The notes under the pieces were generated by a model. The model did not search any database. It saw nothing but the letters and a program-made list of their open reading frames with translations, and was not told where the DNA came from. Position numbers and translations under genes: made by a program. Below are positions 16,774 to 24,228 of a stretch of DNA of 64,000 nt, piece after piece. Source of the DNA: an uncultured Desulfovibrionaceae bacterium (GTDB lineage: Bacteria > Desulfobacterota > Desulfovibrionia > Desulfovibrionales > Desulfovibrionaceae); NCBI GenBank assembly GCA_964490985.1, contig CAZBER010000001.1:85354-149353 (forward strand), written 5' to 3'. Numbering within the stretch: the stretch's first letter is position 1; every line of letters starts with the position of its first letter.

Positions 16774-17268
16774 TTAACGGGCCAAGGCCTCCTGACCCTC
16801 GTAAGGAACCGACACCCGATTGCCGCTGGCCAGGCTTTCCAGGGTCACCCGATCCGGAGAAATTTCCACCACCTTGTACCCGCCGCCCTCCAGGCTGTCG
16901 CCGACTTGGTATTCAAAGCCGTCCACCACGGCCAGCCGGCCCGAACCCAGTTCCACATAGCCCATGTACCGGGGCAGGGCCGCGGGCTTGGCCGCCACCG
17001 CTTTGCTCTCCAGGGGCTTGTCGTACAAGGCCCCGGCCGGCCAGGGCCGGGCAATGGCCACCAGCAACGCTTCCTCGGTCTTGGCCGGAGTGGCGGCCTG
17101 GATGGCCTGGAGCATGCCCGTGACCTGGGCCGCGCCTGGGCCGCCCGCCTGTCCGGTGGCAACCCCGGGCGGGGCCGGGGCCGGGCCGTTTCCCACAAAC
17201 AGGGAACCCAGCCCAAGCACGGCCACCACGCCTGTTGCCGCCAGGATGATCTTTTCACGCCGGGTCAT
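16774..17268 (-). CDS. PilP/GspC(HR)-like pilus assembly protein (MshK position)
   Basis: One N-terminal TM, an Ala/Pro linker and a C-terminal beta domain GYVELGSGRLAVVDGFEYQVGDSLEGGGYKVVEISPDRVTL. Confidence 0.55.
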   Translation of the reverse strand: MTRREKIILAATGVVAVLGLGSLFVGNGPAPAPPGVATGQAGGPGAAQVTGMLQAIQAATPAKTEEALLVAIARPWPAGALYDKPLESKAVAAKPAALPRYMGYVELGSGRLAVVDGFEYQVGDSLEGGGYKVVEISPDRVTLESLASGNRVSVPYEGQEALAR

Positions 17269-17289
17269 GGCACCCTTCCCCCAGACGGC

Positions 17290-17823
17290 TCAGCGCACGG
17301 CCAGCCAGCATTTCACGGAAAATTCACGCCCGTCCCGGCCCATAAGCGACCCCACGGACTCCACCTTGGCCAACGGCCCATACCGGCCCAGGGCCAGCAG
17401 GAATTCCCGGAACGCGTCGGCCTGGCCCGTAAGGTTCAGGCGGACCGCCAACAGCCCGTCCCGGGTCACCGAAGCCGGGTCCGGGGAGACCTGGGTCACC
17501 CGCAGCCCCGTGGGCTGGGCCAGGCTGTCGAAGATGTCGGTCAGCCGGGCCACATCGGAAAGCGGCAGCCGTTCCTGCCCGCCGACCGGCCCCACGCTCG
17601 GCAACTGGCCCTCGATGCGGCGCAGGGATTCCCGAACCGGCATGAGCCGCTGCTGGGCCTCGATGGACTCCCGGATGGCGGCGATCTCCCGGCGCAGCCG
17701 GTCCGCCTCCCGGTACTCGGGGATCAGAAACACGAGCACAAACCCCGCCACCACCAGGGCTCCCACGGCCAGATAGGCCAGGGTGCGCGGCGGCAGACGC
17801 CGCCTCAAGTCCGCCAATGTCAT
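17290..17823 (-). CDS. PilO-like pilus assembly protein
   Basis: Single TM (LAYLAVGALVVAGFVLVFLI), a coiled coil and a ~100-aa C-terminal domain. It sits between PilMN and the PilP-like gene. Confidence 0.6.
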   Translation of the reverse strand: MTLADLRRRLPPRTLAYLAVGALVVAGFVLVFLIPEYREADRLRREIAAIRESIEAQQRLMPVRESLRRIEGQLPSVGPVGGQERLPLSDVARLTDIFDSLAQPTGLRVTQVSPDPASVTRDGLLAVRLNLTGQADAFREFLLALGRYGPLAKVESVGSLMGRDGREFSVKCWLAVR

Positions 17824-17827
17824 GGGC

Positions 17828-19900
17828 TCAGCTCTCCGGAAGACCGACCGTAATGATGAACCGCAAGCCCGTGGCCCCGCCGTCCAGGGGCTCGAGCTCG
17901 CTTTTTTTCACGGAAACGTTTTCAAAAAGCGGCGACCCTTCCAGGGCCACCACATAGCTGGCCAGCCTGGAGTCGAACAGGCGGCCGTCCCCGGTGACCA
18001 CCCCCTCCAGCACCAGCCGGGAGGGAGCGGCGGGCGGCTCCTTGCTCGGCTGCCCCTTGGCCGCCACCCGCTCCTTGGGCGGCCCCAGCTCGGCCGTCAG
18101 CGTGCCCAGGCCAACGCCTTCCGGGGCCAGGGCCAGAGCCTCGCTCCAGACCCCCACGGCCTGGTTGCGCACGACAAACATCCGCACGGCCTCGCGCTTG
18201 GCCGTCAGTTCCGCCGTCATCCGGGCCAGCCCGGCCGTGTCGGCCTGGCCGCCAAAGCCGGCCAGTTCCCGGGCCAGGCCCTCCCGCTCGGCGGCCAGGG
18301 TTCGCCGCGTGGACAGGGCCGCCAGGGAAGAGACCGCCAACCCGGCCAAAATCAGGATCAAAACGACCAGGCTGCCCTGCTCCAGGCGCTTGGCCGCCCT
18401 GGCCTCGGCCTTTTCCCGATAGGTGAAAAGCGCGCTCGGCGTGGTGGCGGTGTCGGAGACCGCCAGCCCCAGGGCCTGGGTGTAGCAGACGGCAGGGGCG
18501 GAAAGTTCGGGCATGGGCCTGCCCGAGGCGCGCCGCTGGCCGAGGGGGTCCAGGGGAGCGCAGGGCAGCCCCAGTTGGGCGCCGATAAAGGACACGAAGA
18601 GCCGGCTGGCTCCCAAAAAGCCGGAAACCGTCAGCCGGGTCACGGCCTCGTAGCCCAGGGACTCCCGGTAATGCTTGAGCGTCATTTCCACCTGGCGCAC
18701 CAGGCGCGAGGCCACGGGATCGAGCATGTCCATGACGTCTTCGGGCGAGACCCCCTGCCCCGGATGACAGGTTTCCAGGGTGTCGCAGCCAAAGACAATG
18801 CCGCGCAACAGCTCCCTGGCCTCTTCCAGGCGGACGGCCGGCCGCACCGGTGCGGCAACAGGGCCCGGGACAGGCGCAGGTTCGGCCGGGACCTCGAGTT
18901 CCAGCACCAGGCCATTCTCGTCGCCACCCCTGGCATCGAGATCGATGACCGATTCTTCGGCAACGTCCGGCGCGGCCATGGCCAACGGTCCGGGTGGGGT
19001 CGGAGCCGAGACCGGAGCCGGGGCCACTTCTTCCCGGCGCAGCTCCAGGGCCTCCAGCACGGCCTGCTCCATGCCCGACATGGACGTCTTGATGACGCGC
19101 ACGAACATCAAGTCGCCGTTGCTGAAAATTTCCAGCCGCGACCAGTCCTGGCCCACGTGCAGGTTGGCCGTGGCCCCGCCATTGCCGGTCACGATATGCC
19201 GGCGGTGCAGGGTCTGATGGGCGAAAGGCTCAAGCGTCAGGCCGGTTAAGGGAAAACCGGCCCTGGCGAAATCGTTTTGCGTCTGCCGCACCACGTCCCG
19301 GGGGGCGACATAGGCCAGGGCGCCGAGCTTTTGCGCGCCCTTTTCGGACACCTCGCCCCGGCGTTCGAAATCGAACACCATGGACGCCTCGTCAAAGCCC
19401 ATTTCCTTCTTGGCCGTCCAAAAGACGGCATTGTCCACCTGGCGCGAGGCCACCTTGGGAATGGTCACGAACTGGAGGTTGACCCGGGGGCTTTGCACGG
19501 CCGCCCAGATGTGCGGCACAGGGCCCGGTCCGCACAGATCGCTCAGGGTCTGGCGCAGGATGGCGACAAAGGCTTGGCTGCCCGGGGCGGCGTCCGGGGG
19601 CAGCGGCACAACGGAGGTGGCCAGGATTTCGGCGTCCGCGTCATGGCCCCGCACCTTGACGCACACCAGTTGCGAGGAGCCGATGTCCACGCCGATGCTG
19701 ACGGGCCCGGCCAGGGAGAACAGGCTCTGGCGGCGCGGCCGGGCCGGTTTGGCGGCCCCTGGGCCGGCCTGAACCGCTGGCAAGGTTCGGGCCTGATCCG
19801 GATTGCGGATCAGTTCCAGCAGCCGCTGGCTGGGCGTGGTTTTGCTGTCCTTGGCCACGTTGCGTCTCCCGCCGTTCTCTCGTGTTGCGCCCTTTCTCAA
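17828..19900 (-). CDS. PilM (actin-like ATPase fold) fused to a PilN-like TM/periplasmic domain
   Basis: SIGVDIGSSQLVCVKV is a PilM phosphate-1-like motif. A later TM LVVLILILAGLAVSSLAAL is followed by a coiled coil. The start is not ATG: TTG at 19900 (TTGA overlap with the HTH stop) or GTG at 19858. Confidence 0.75.
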   Translation of the reverse strand: MRKGATRENGGRRNVAKDSKTTPSQRLLELIRNPDQARTLPAVQAGPGAAKPARPRRQSLFSLAGPVSIGVDIGSSQLVCVKVRGHDADAEILATSVVPLPPDAAPGSQAFVAILRQTLSDLCGPGPVPHIWAAVQSPRVNLQFVTIPKVASRQVDNAVFWTAKKEMGFDEASMVFDFERRGEVSEKGAQKLGALAYVAPRDVVRQTQNDFARAGFPLTGLTLEPFAHQTLHRRHIVTGNGGATANLHVGQDWSRLEIFSNGDLMFVRVIKTSMSGMEQAVLEALELRREEVAPAPVSAPTPPGPLAMAAPDVAEESVIDLDARGGDENGLVLELEVPAEPAPVPGPVAAPVRPAVRLEEARELLRGIVFGCDTLETCHPGQGVSPEDVMDMLDPVASRLVRQVEMTLKHYRESLGYEAVTRLTVSGFLGASRLFVSFIGAQLGLPCAPLDPLGQRRASGRPMPELSAPAVCYTQALGLAVSDTATTPSALFTYREKAEARAAKRLEQGSLVVLILILAGLAVSSLAALSTRRTLAAEREGLARELAGFGGQADTAGLARMTAELTAKREAVRMFVVRNQAVGVWSEALALAPEGVGLGTLTAELGPPKERVAAKGQPSKEPPAAPSRLVLEGVVTGDGRLFDSRLASYVVALEGSPLFENVSVKKSELEPLDGGATGLRFIITVGLPES

Positions 19901-20082
19901 CCCTGCAACCGCGTCATGCGCAGCACTTCCTCATGGCTGATGCGCCAGCCCCGCCCCACCTTGGCCCCGTGCAGCTCCCTGCCCTTGATGAGCTTGCGCA
20001 CGGTCTGGTCGCTGCATTTGAGCAGTCGGGCCACTTCCTGCACGGTATACGTTTCCTTCACCTCGCTTGCGCGCGTGTTCAT
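19897..20082 (-). CDS. Excisionase-family (MerR-superfamily HTH_17) DNA-binding protein, first gene of the pilus assembly operon
   Basis: 61 aa. TVQEVARLLKCSDQTVRKLIKGRELHGAKVGRGWRI is the typical 'helix-turn-helix, excisionase family' pattern. AAGGAG RBS. Confidence 0.7.
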   Translation of the reverse strand: MNTRASEVKETYTVQEVARLLKCSDQTVRKLIKGRELHGAKVGRGWRISHEEVLRMTRLQG

Positions 20083-20095
20083 TCATTTCACTCCT

Positions 20096-20113
20096 TATCG
20101 TTACATAACGATA
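20096..20113. promoter_or_regulatory. Perfect palindrome TATCGTTA-CA-TAACGATA (candidate operator)
   Basis: 8-bp arms with a 2-nt spacer, located 14-31 nt upstream of the HTH gene ATG and just 5' of its RBS. Followed by a partial third half-site, actatcg. Confidence 0.5.
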
Positions 20114-20437
20114 ACTATCGTCCGGTCAGGGCAAAAAAAATTTCGGAAGTCAGCCAACCGCCCGTGGTTTCCAGGTGTGTTTGCATTTTTTAAACAGTTC
20201 GCCTGACCGTTTTATGAAATAAAACCCGGCCGACCCTTCCCGCCGCCCGCGCCTGTCGCATATCCCTGAAAATCCGGCCGCCAAGGGTACGACGCGGCTT
20301 GGCCGCCAGCCACGACTTACAAAAGCCGTGCCCAATCCGGCCCAGGCCCTGGGGGGCGATTCCAAAAGCCCCTGCATTCATGCTATGCTGCCGCACCCGT
20401 TCCGAAACCCGTCCAGGCCGCGAAGCCAGAGGAGCCC

Positions 20438-21514
20438 ATGGCCCAGATCGACGCCTTTTTCAAAATGCTCCAGGAGACCGGAGCCTCGGACCTGCACCTG
20501 TCCAGCGGCTCCCAGCCGCTGTTGCGGCTACACGGACGGCTGGAGCGCGTCAAATACAAGGTGCTCGGCGAGGAAGACATCAAGGCTTTGCTCTATGAAA
20601 TCGCCCCTGAGCGCCTGATCGCGGTCTTCGAGGAGACCGGGGACCTGGATTTCGCCTACGCCGCCCCGGGCATCGGCCGGCTGCGGGCCAATTATTTCCG
20701 CCAGGAGCGCGGCATGGCCGCCGCCTTCCGGGCCATTCCCGAAAACGTCCCCACCATCGCCGAGCTCGGACTGCCGCCGCTTCTGGCCGACTTGAGCCTG
20801 CGGCCCAAAGGCCTGGTCCTGGTCACCGGCCCCACGGGCTCGGGCAAATCCACCACCCTGGCCGCCATGGTGCGCCATGCCAACGAAAACCGGCGCGACC
20901 ACATCATCACCATCGAAGACCCCATCGAATACCTCCATGCCCCGGCCGGGTGCCTGATCAACCAGCGCGAGGTGGGCCGCGACACCCGCTCCTTTGCCGC
21001 CGCCCTGCGCGGCGCCCTGCGCGAGGACCCGGACATCATCCTGGTCGGCGAGATGCGCGACCTGGAAACCATGGAGCTGGCCCTGGAGGCGGCCGAGACC
21101 GGGCATCTGGTGCTGTCCACCCTGCACACGGTCTCGGCGGCCAAGACCATCGACCGCATCATCGACGTGTTTCCCGGCGACCGGCAGGCCCAGATCCGCT
21201 CGGCCCTGTCCGAATCCTTGACCGCCGTCATCTCCCAGACCTTGCTGCGCCGGGCCGATGTCCCGGGCCGGGTGGCCGCCCTGGAAGTCCTTGTGGCCAC
21301 CACGGCCGTGCGCAACCTCATCCGGGAAAACAAGGTCTTTCAGATTCCCTCGGTCATGGAGACGGGCAAGGCCCACGGCATGCGCACCCTGGACGACGCC
21401 TTGCTGGAGCTTTTGGCAACCGGAGCCATCGACGCGTCGGACGCCTGGCGAAACGGCGCGAACAAGACCCGTTTTGCCCACCTGGCCCCGGCCGAAGCGG
21501 CCCGGGAAGGCTGA
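20438..21514 (+). CDS. pilT: Twitching-motility retraction ATPase PilT
   Basis: GPTGSGKSTTLAAM, ILVGEMRD and TGHLVLSTLHT are present. AVRNLIRENK matches the PilT signature AIRNLIRE. Confidence 0.9.
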   Translation: MAQIDAFFKMLQETGASDLHLSSGSQPLLRLHGRLERVKYKVLGEEDIKALLYEIAPERLIAVFEETGDLDFAYAAPGIGRLRANYFRQERGMAAAFRAIPENVPTIAELGLPPLLADLSLRPKGLVLVTGPTGSGKSTTLAAMVRHANENRRDHIITIEDPIEYLHAPAGCLINQREVGRDTRSFAAALRGALREDPDIILVGEMRDLETMELALEAAETGHLVLSTLHTVSAAKTIDRIIDVFPGDRQAQIRSALSESLTAVISQTLLRRADVPGRVAALEVLVATTAVRNLIRENKVFQIPSVMETGKAHGMRTLDDALLELLATGAIDASDAWRNGANKTRFAHLAPAEAAREG

Positions 21515-21518
21515 TCCC

Positions 21519-22691
21519 ATGCCCGGCCGCGTCCTTGCCGCCGTGGTGGGCAAAGCCCTCACCGCCGCGCCCCGGGCCTCGGACCTGGTGCTGCGCCCGG
21601 GCCGGCCGGTTCTGGCCGTGGTGGACGGCGCGCTCTCCCCCCTGGCCGGACCGGACCTGCCCGCCGCGCTGACCCCGGCCCAGACCCTGGCCCTGGCCCG
21701 GGCAATCGCAGGCGGCAGCGCCCGGCTCCTGGACGACCTGCGCCGGCGCGGCTCCTGCGACCTGGGCTACCGGCATCCGGGCGGAACGCGCTTTCGGGCC
21801 AACGTGTTCCGGACCATGGACGACCTGTGCCTGGTGCTGCGCCGGCTGCCCGAGACGCCCCCGGCCCTGGAGTCCCTGGGCCTGCCGCCGGTTTTTGCCC
21901 GCATGGCCGAACTGGCCGACGGCCTGGTGCTGGCAGCCGGAGCCACGGGCTCGGGCAAATCCACCACCCTGGCCGCGCTGGTGGCCAAAATCGTGGAGAC
22001 CCGGCCCGTGCACGTCATCACCCTGGAAGACCCGGTGGAATTTACCCACCGAGCCGGCCTGGGGCTTGTCACCCAGCGAGAGCTGGGCACGGATTTTCCC
22101 CATTTCGCCGACGGGCTGCGGGCCGCCCTGCGCCAGGCCCCCCAGGTGCTCCTGGTCGGGGAGCTGCGCGACCGGGAAACCGTGGAAACGGCCCTGGCCG
22201 CGGCCGAGACCGGGCATCTGGTCCTGGCCACGTTGCACACGGCCGATTGCGCCGGGGCCGTGGAGCGCCTGCTGGCCTTTTTCAGCCCGGCCGAGCAGCG
22301 CCTGGCCCGGACCCGCCTGGCCGTGTGCCTGCGCTATGTGGCGGCCCAGCGCCTGCTGCCGCGCCTGGGCGGCGGCCAGGCAGTCGTGGCCGAAGTCCTG
22401 GCCGGGACGCTGCGCACCCGGGAGCGCATTGCCTCGGGCGAAACCATTGCCCTGGGCTTTGCCGACATTTTGGAGCAGGGCGGGCCCTACGGCATGGTCA
22501 CCTTTGACGCGGCCGCGGCCGCGCTTTTCGCCGCGGGCGTGGTCACCGAGGAAGCGGCCCTGGCCCGGGCCACGGACCGGGCCGCCATGGCCCGGGCCCT
22601 GGATGCGGTCAAGGCCGGCCGGGGCCAGGCCGTCTCCTCCATCACCGGCCTGACCCTGGAAGAACGTCCCGCCCCGGGAGGTTCGGCATGA
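21519..22691 (+). CDS. Second PilT/PilU-like ATPase
   Basis: ATG at 21519 gives MPGRVLAAVVGKAL... GATGSGKSTTLAALV, LLVGELRD and TGHLVLATLHT are present. It lacks the AIRNLIRE motif. The upstream part of ORF 21258..22691 overlaps pilT. Confidence 0.8.
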   Translation: MPGRVLAAVVGKALTAAPRASDLVLRPGRPVLAVVDGALSPLAGPDLPAALTPAQTLALARAIAGGSARLLDDLRRRGSCDLGYRHPGGTRFRANVFRTMDDLCLVLRRLPETPPALESLGLPPVFARMAELADGLVLAAGATGSGKSTTLAALVAKIVETRPVHVITLEDPVEFTHRAGLGLVTQRELGTDFPHFADGLRAALRQAPQVLLVGELRDRETVETALAAAETGHLVLATLHTADCAGAVERLLAFFSPAEQRLARTRLAVCLRYVAAQRLLPRLGGGQAVVAEVLAGTLRTRERIASGETIALGFADILEQGGPYGMVTFDAAAAALFAAGVVTEEAALARATDRAAMARALDAVKAGRGQAVSSITGLTLEERPAPGGSA

Positions 22692-23320
22692 GCGCGCTTT
22701 CCGCCGCCTGCCCCTGCGGCGGCCATGCCGTAGCCCTGGCCCCGGACATGCCGCCTGTGGGCGGCCGGGCGACCTTCACCTGTCCGGCCTGCGGAAAGCG
22801 CATGACCTTTACCCGCACCCCGGACGGCGCGGTCTTTGATCCGCTTCCCACAGCCGCGCCGCAGCCTCCGGTTCCCGCGCCGCGGCCCGACGCGCCCCGG
22901 ATCGATATCCCGGCCGGGGCCAGGCTGGCTTTGTTGGCCGTAACCGATGCGGCCTGGCTGGCGGCCGCCGAAGCGCTTTTTCCCGCTCCCCAGTGGTTCG
23001 TGCCGGCCTTGGACAGCGACCCCGGCCAGGCCGCAGCCGTGCTGGCCAGCCACGCACCCGAAGCGGCCGTCATCGAGGACAGGCCCGAAGCGGCCCCGAT
23101 CCTGGCCGCCATCGCCGCCTGGACCGGCCGGCAACGCGAAACCCTGGCCCTGCTGCTCCTGGCCGACGCCCCGGACAACGATCCCCTGGCCGCCTTTGCC
23201 GCCAGCGCGGACGTGGTGCTGGACAGACGGGTCTTGGACGATGCGGCCGGGCGGCTGGCGGCAGCTCTTGACCGGGCCAAGGCCGCCGCCTCCCTTTTCG
23301 ACGCCCCCAGGGGAAGCTAG
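22688..23320 (+). CDS. Zinc-ribbon protein with receiver-like C-terminal half (unknown function)
   Basis: ATGA overlap with the preceding ATPase gene. CPCGG...FTCPACGKRMTF provides four Cys. The Ala-rich C-terminus alternates beta/alpha-like segments. Confidence 0.55.
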   Translation: MSALSAACPCGGHAVALAPDMPPVGGRATFTCPACGKRMTFTRTPDGAVFDPLPTAAPQPPVPAPRPDAPRIDIPAGARLALLAVTDAAWLAAAEALFPAPQWFVPALDSDPGQAAAVLASHAPEAAVIEDRPEAAPILAAIAAWTGRQRETLALLLLADAPDNDPLAAFAASADVVLDRRVLDDAAGRLAAALDRAKAAASLFDAPRGS

Positions 23321-23328
23321 GATTCGCC

Positions 23329-24216
23329 ATGGACCGCCTGCCCGCCCTGCTCGTGCATCCCGACCCCGAAGTCAGAACGGCCCTGCGCCGCCATCTGGCC
23401 GGGGTGGATTTCATCCGGGTGCTGGGCGAGGCGGCCGATGCCTACGAAGCTTCGGAACTGCTGCGGGCCATTGCCTATGGCCTGCTTTTTTGCGGCGTGG
23501 ATTTGCCCGGGGCCGTGGGCGGGTTCGAGTTGGCCGAGGCTTTGGCCGCGGCCAAGCGCCAGCCGGGCCTGGTCTTTATTGCCGGCGACGAGACCCGGGC
23601 CTTCCGGGCCTTTGAGCTTGGGGCCGCGGATTACCTGTTATGGCCGTTTTCGGCCGAGCGCTTCGGCCTGACCGTGGAGCGATTGGGCCGCTTCCGGCCG
23701 GCCTTTCGCCAAGCCGCGCCGCCCCAGTGGCGCGAGAGCGGGATGGCGGCCGAGGCCGGAGGGGACGACCACGACGCCGACGCCGAGGAGACCGTGCGCC
23801 TGCCCCTGGAAGAGGACGAGGAGGACCGCTTCCTCTCGGCCCTGCGCCAGGCCTGGGACATCAGCCAGATGCGGCCCGTTGACATCGAAAAGCTGCCCAT
23901 CACCCTGGACGGCCGCACCATCCTGCTCCCCTACACCCAGATTCTTTTTATCGAGGCCTACGAGGACTATTCCTTCGTGCACACGGCCACGCAAAAGCTT
24001 CTCACTTCGTATCGCCTCAAAAACCTGGAAGAGCGGCTGCGGCCCCACCGCTTTTTCCGGGTGCACCGCAAGTACCTGGTCAATCTGGATCTGGTCACGG
24101 AAATCGCTTCGCTTCCCGGCGGCAACTTCATGCTGCGCACAGCCGGCAAGACCCGCATCGAACTGCCCATCGGCCGCCGCCGCATCGGGGAACTCAAGCA
24201 GATTCTGGGACTGTAA
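23329..24216 (+). CDS. LytTR-family response regulator with atypical receiver domain
   Basis: C-terminal LytTR domain: ILFIEAYEDYSFVHTATQKLLTSYRLKNLEERL...FFRVHRKYLVNL. In the receiver, LLVHPDPE replaces the DD pocket and DYLLWPF replaces the conserved Lys. Confidence 0.8.
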   Translation: MDRLPALLVHPDPEVRTALRRHLAGVDFIRVLGEAADAYEASELLRAIAYGLLFCGVDLPGAVGGFELAEALAAAKRQPGLVFIAGDETRAFRAFELGAADYLLWPFSAERFGLTVERLGRFRPAFRQAAPPQWRESGMAAEAGGDDHDADAEETVRLPLEEDEEDRFLSALRQAWDISQMRPVDIEKLPITLDGRTILLPYTQILFIEAYEDYSFVHTATQKLLTSYRLKNLEERLRPHRFFRVHRKYLVNLDLVTEIASLPGGNFMLRTAGKTRIELPIGRRRIGELKQILGL

Positions 24217-24228
24217 AGGAGGATACGC

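Noticed and set aside
21258-21518. N-terminal extension of the second PilT-like ORF
   Set aside because: It overlaps the 3' end of pilT in another frame. The ATG at 21519, 5 nt after the pilT stop, gives a normal PilT-like N-terminus.
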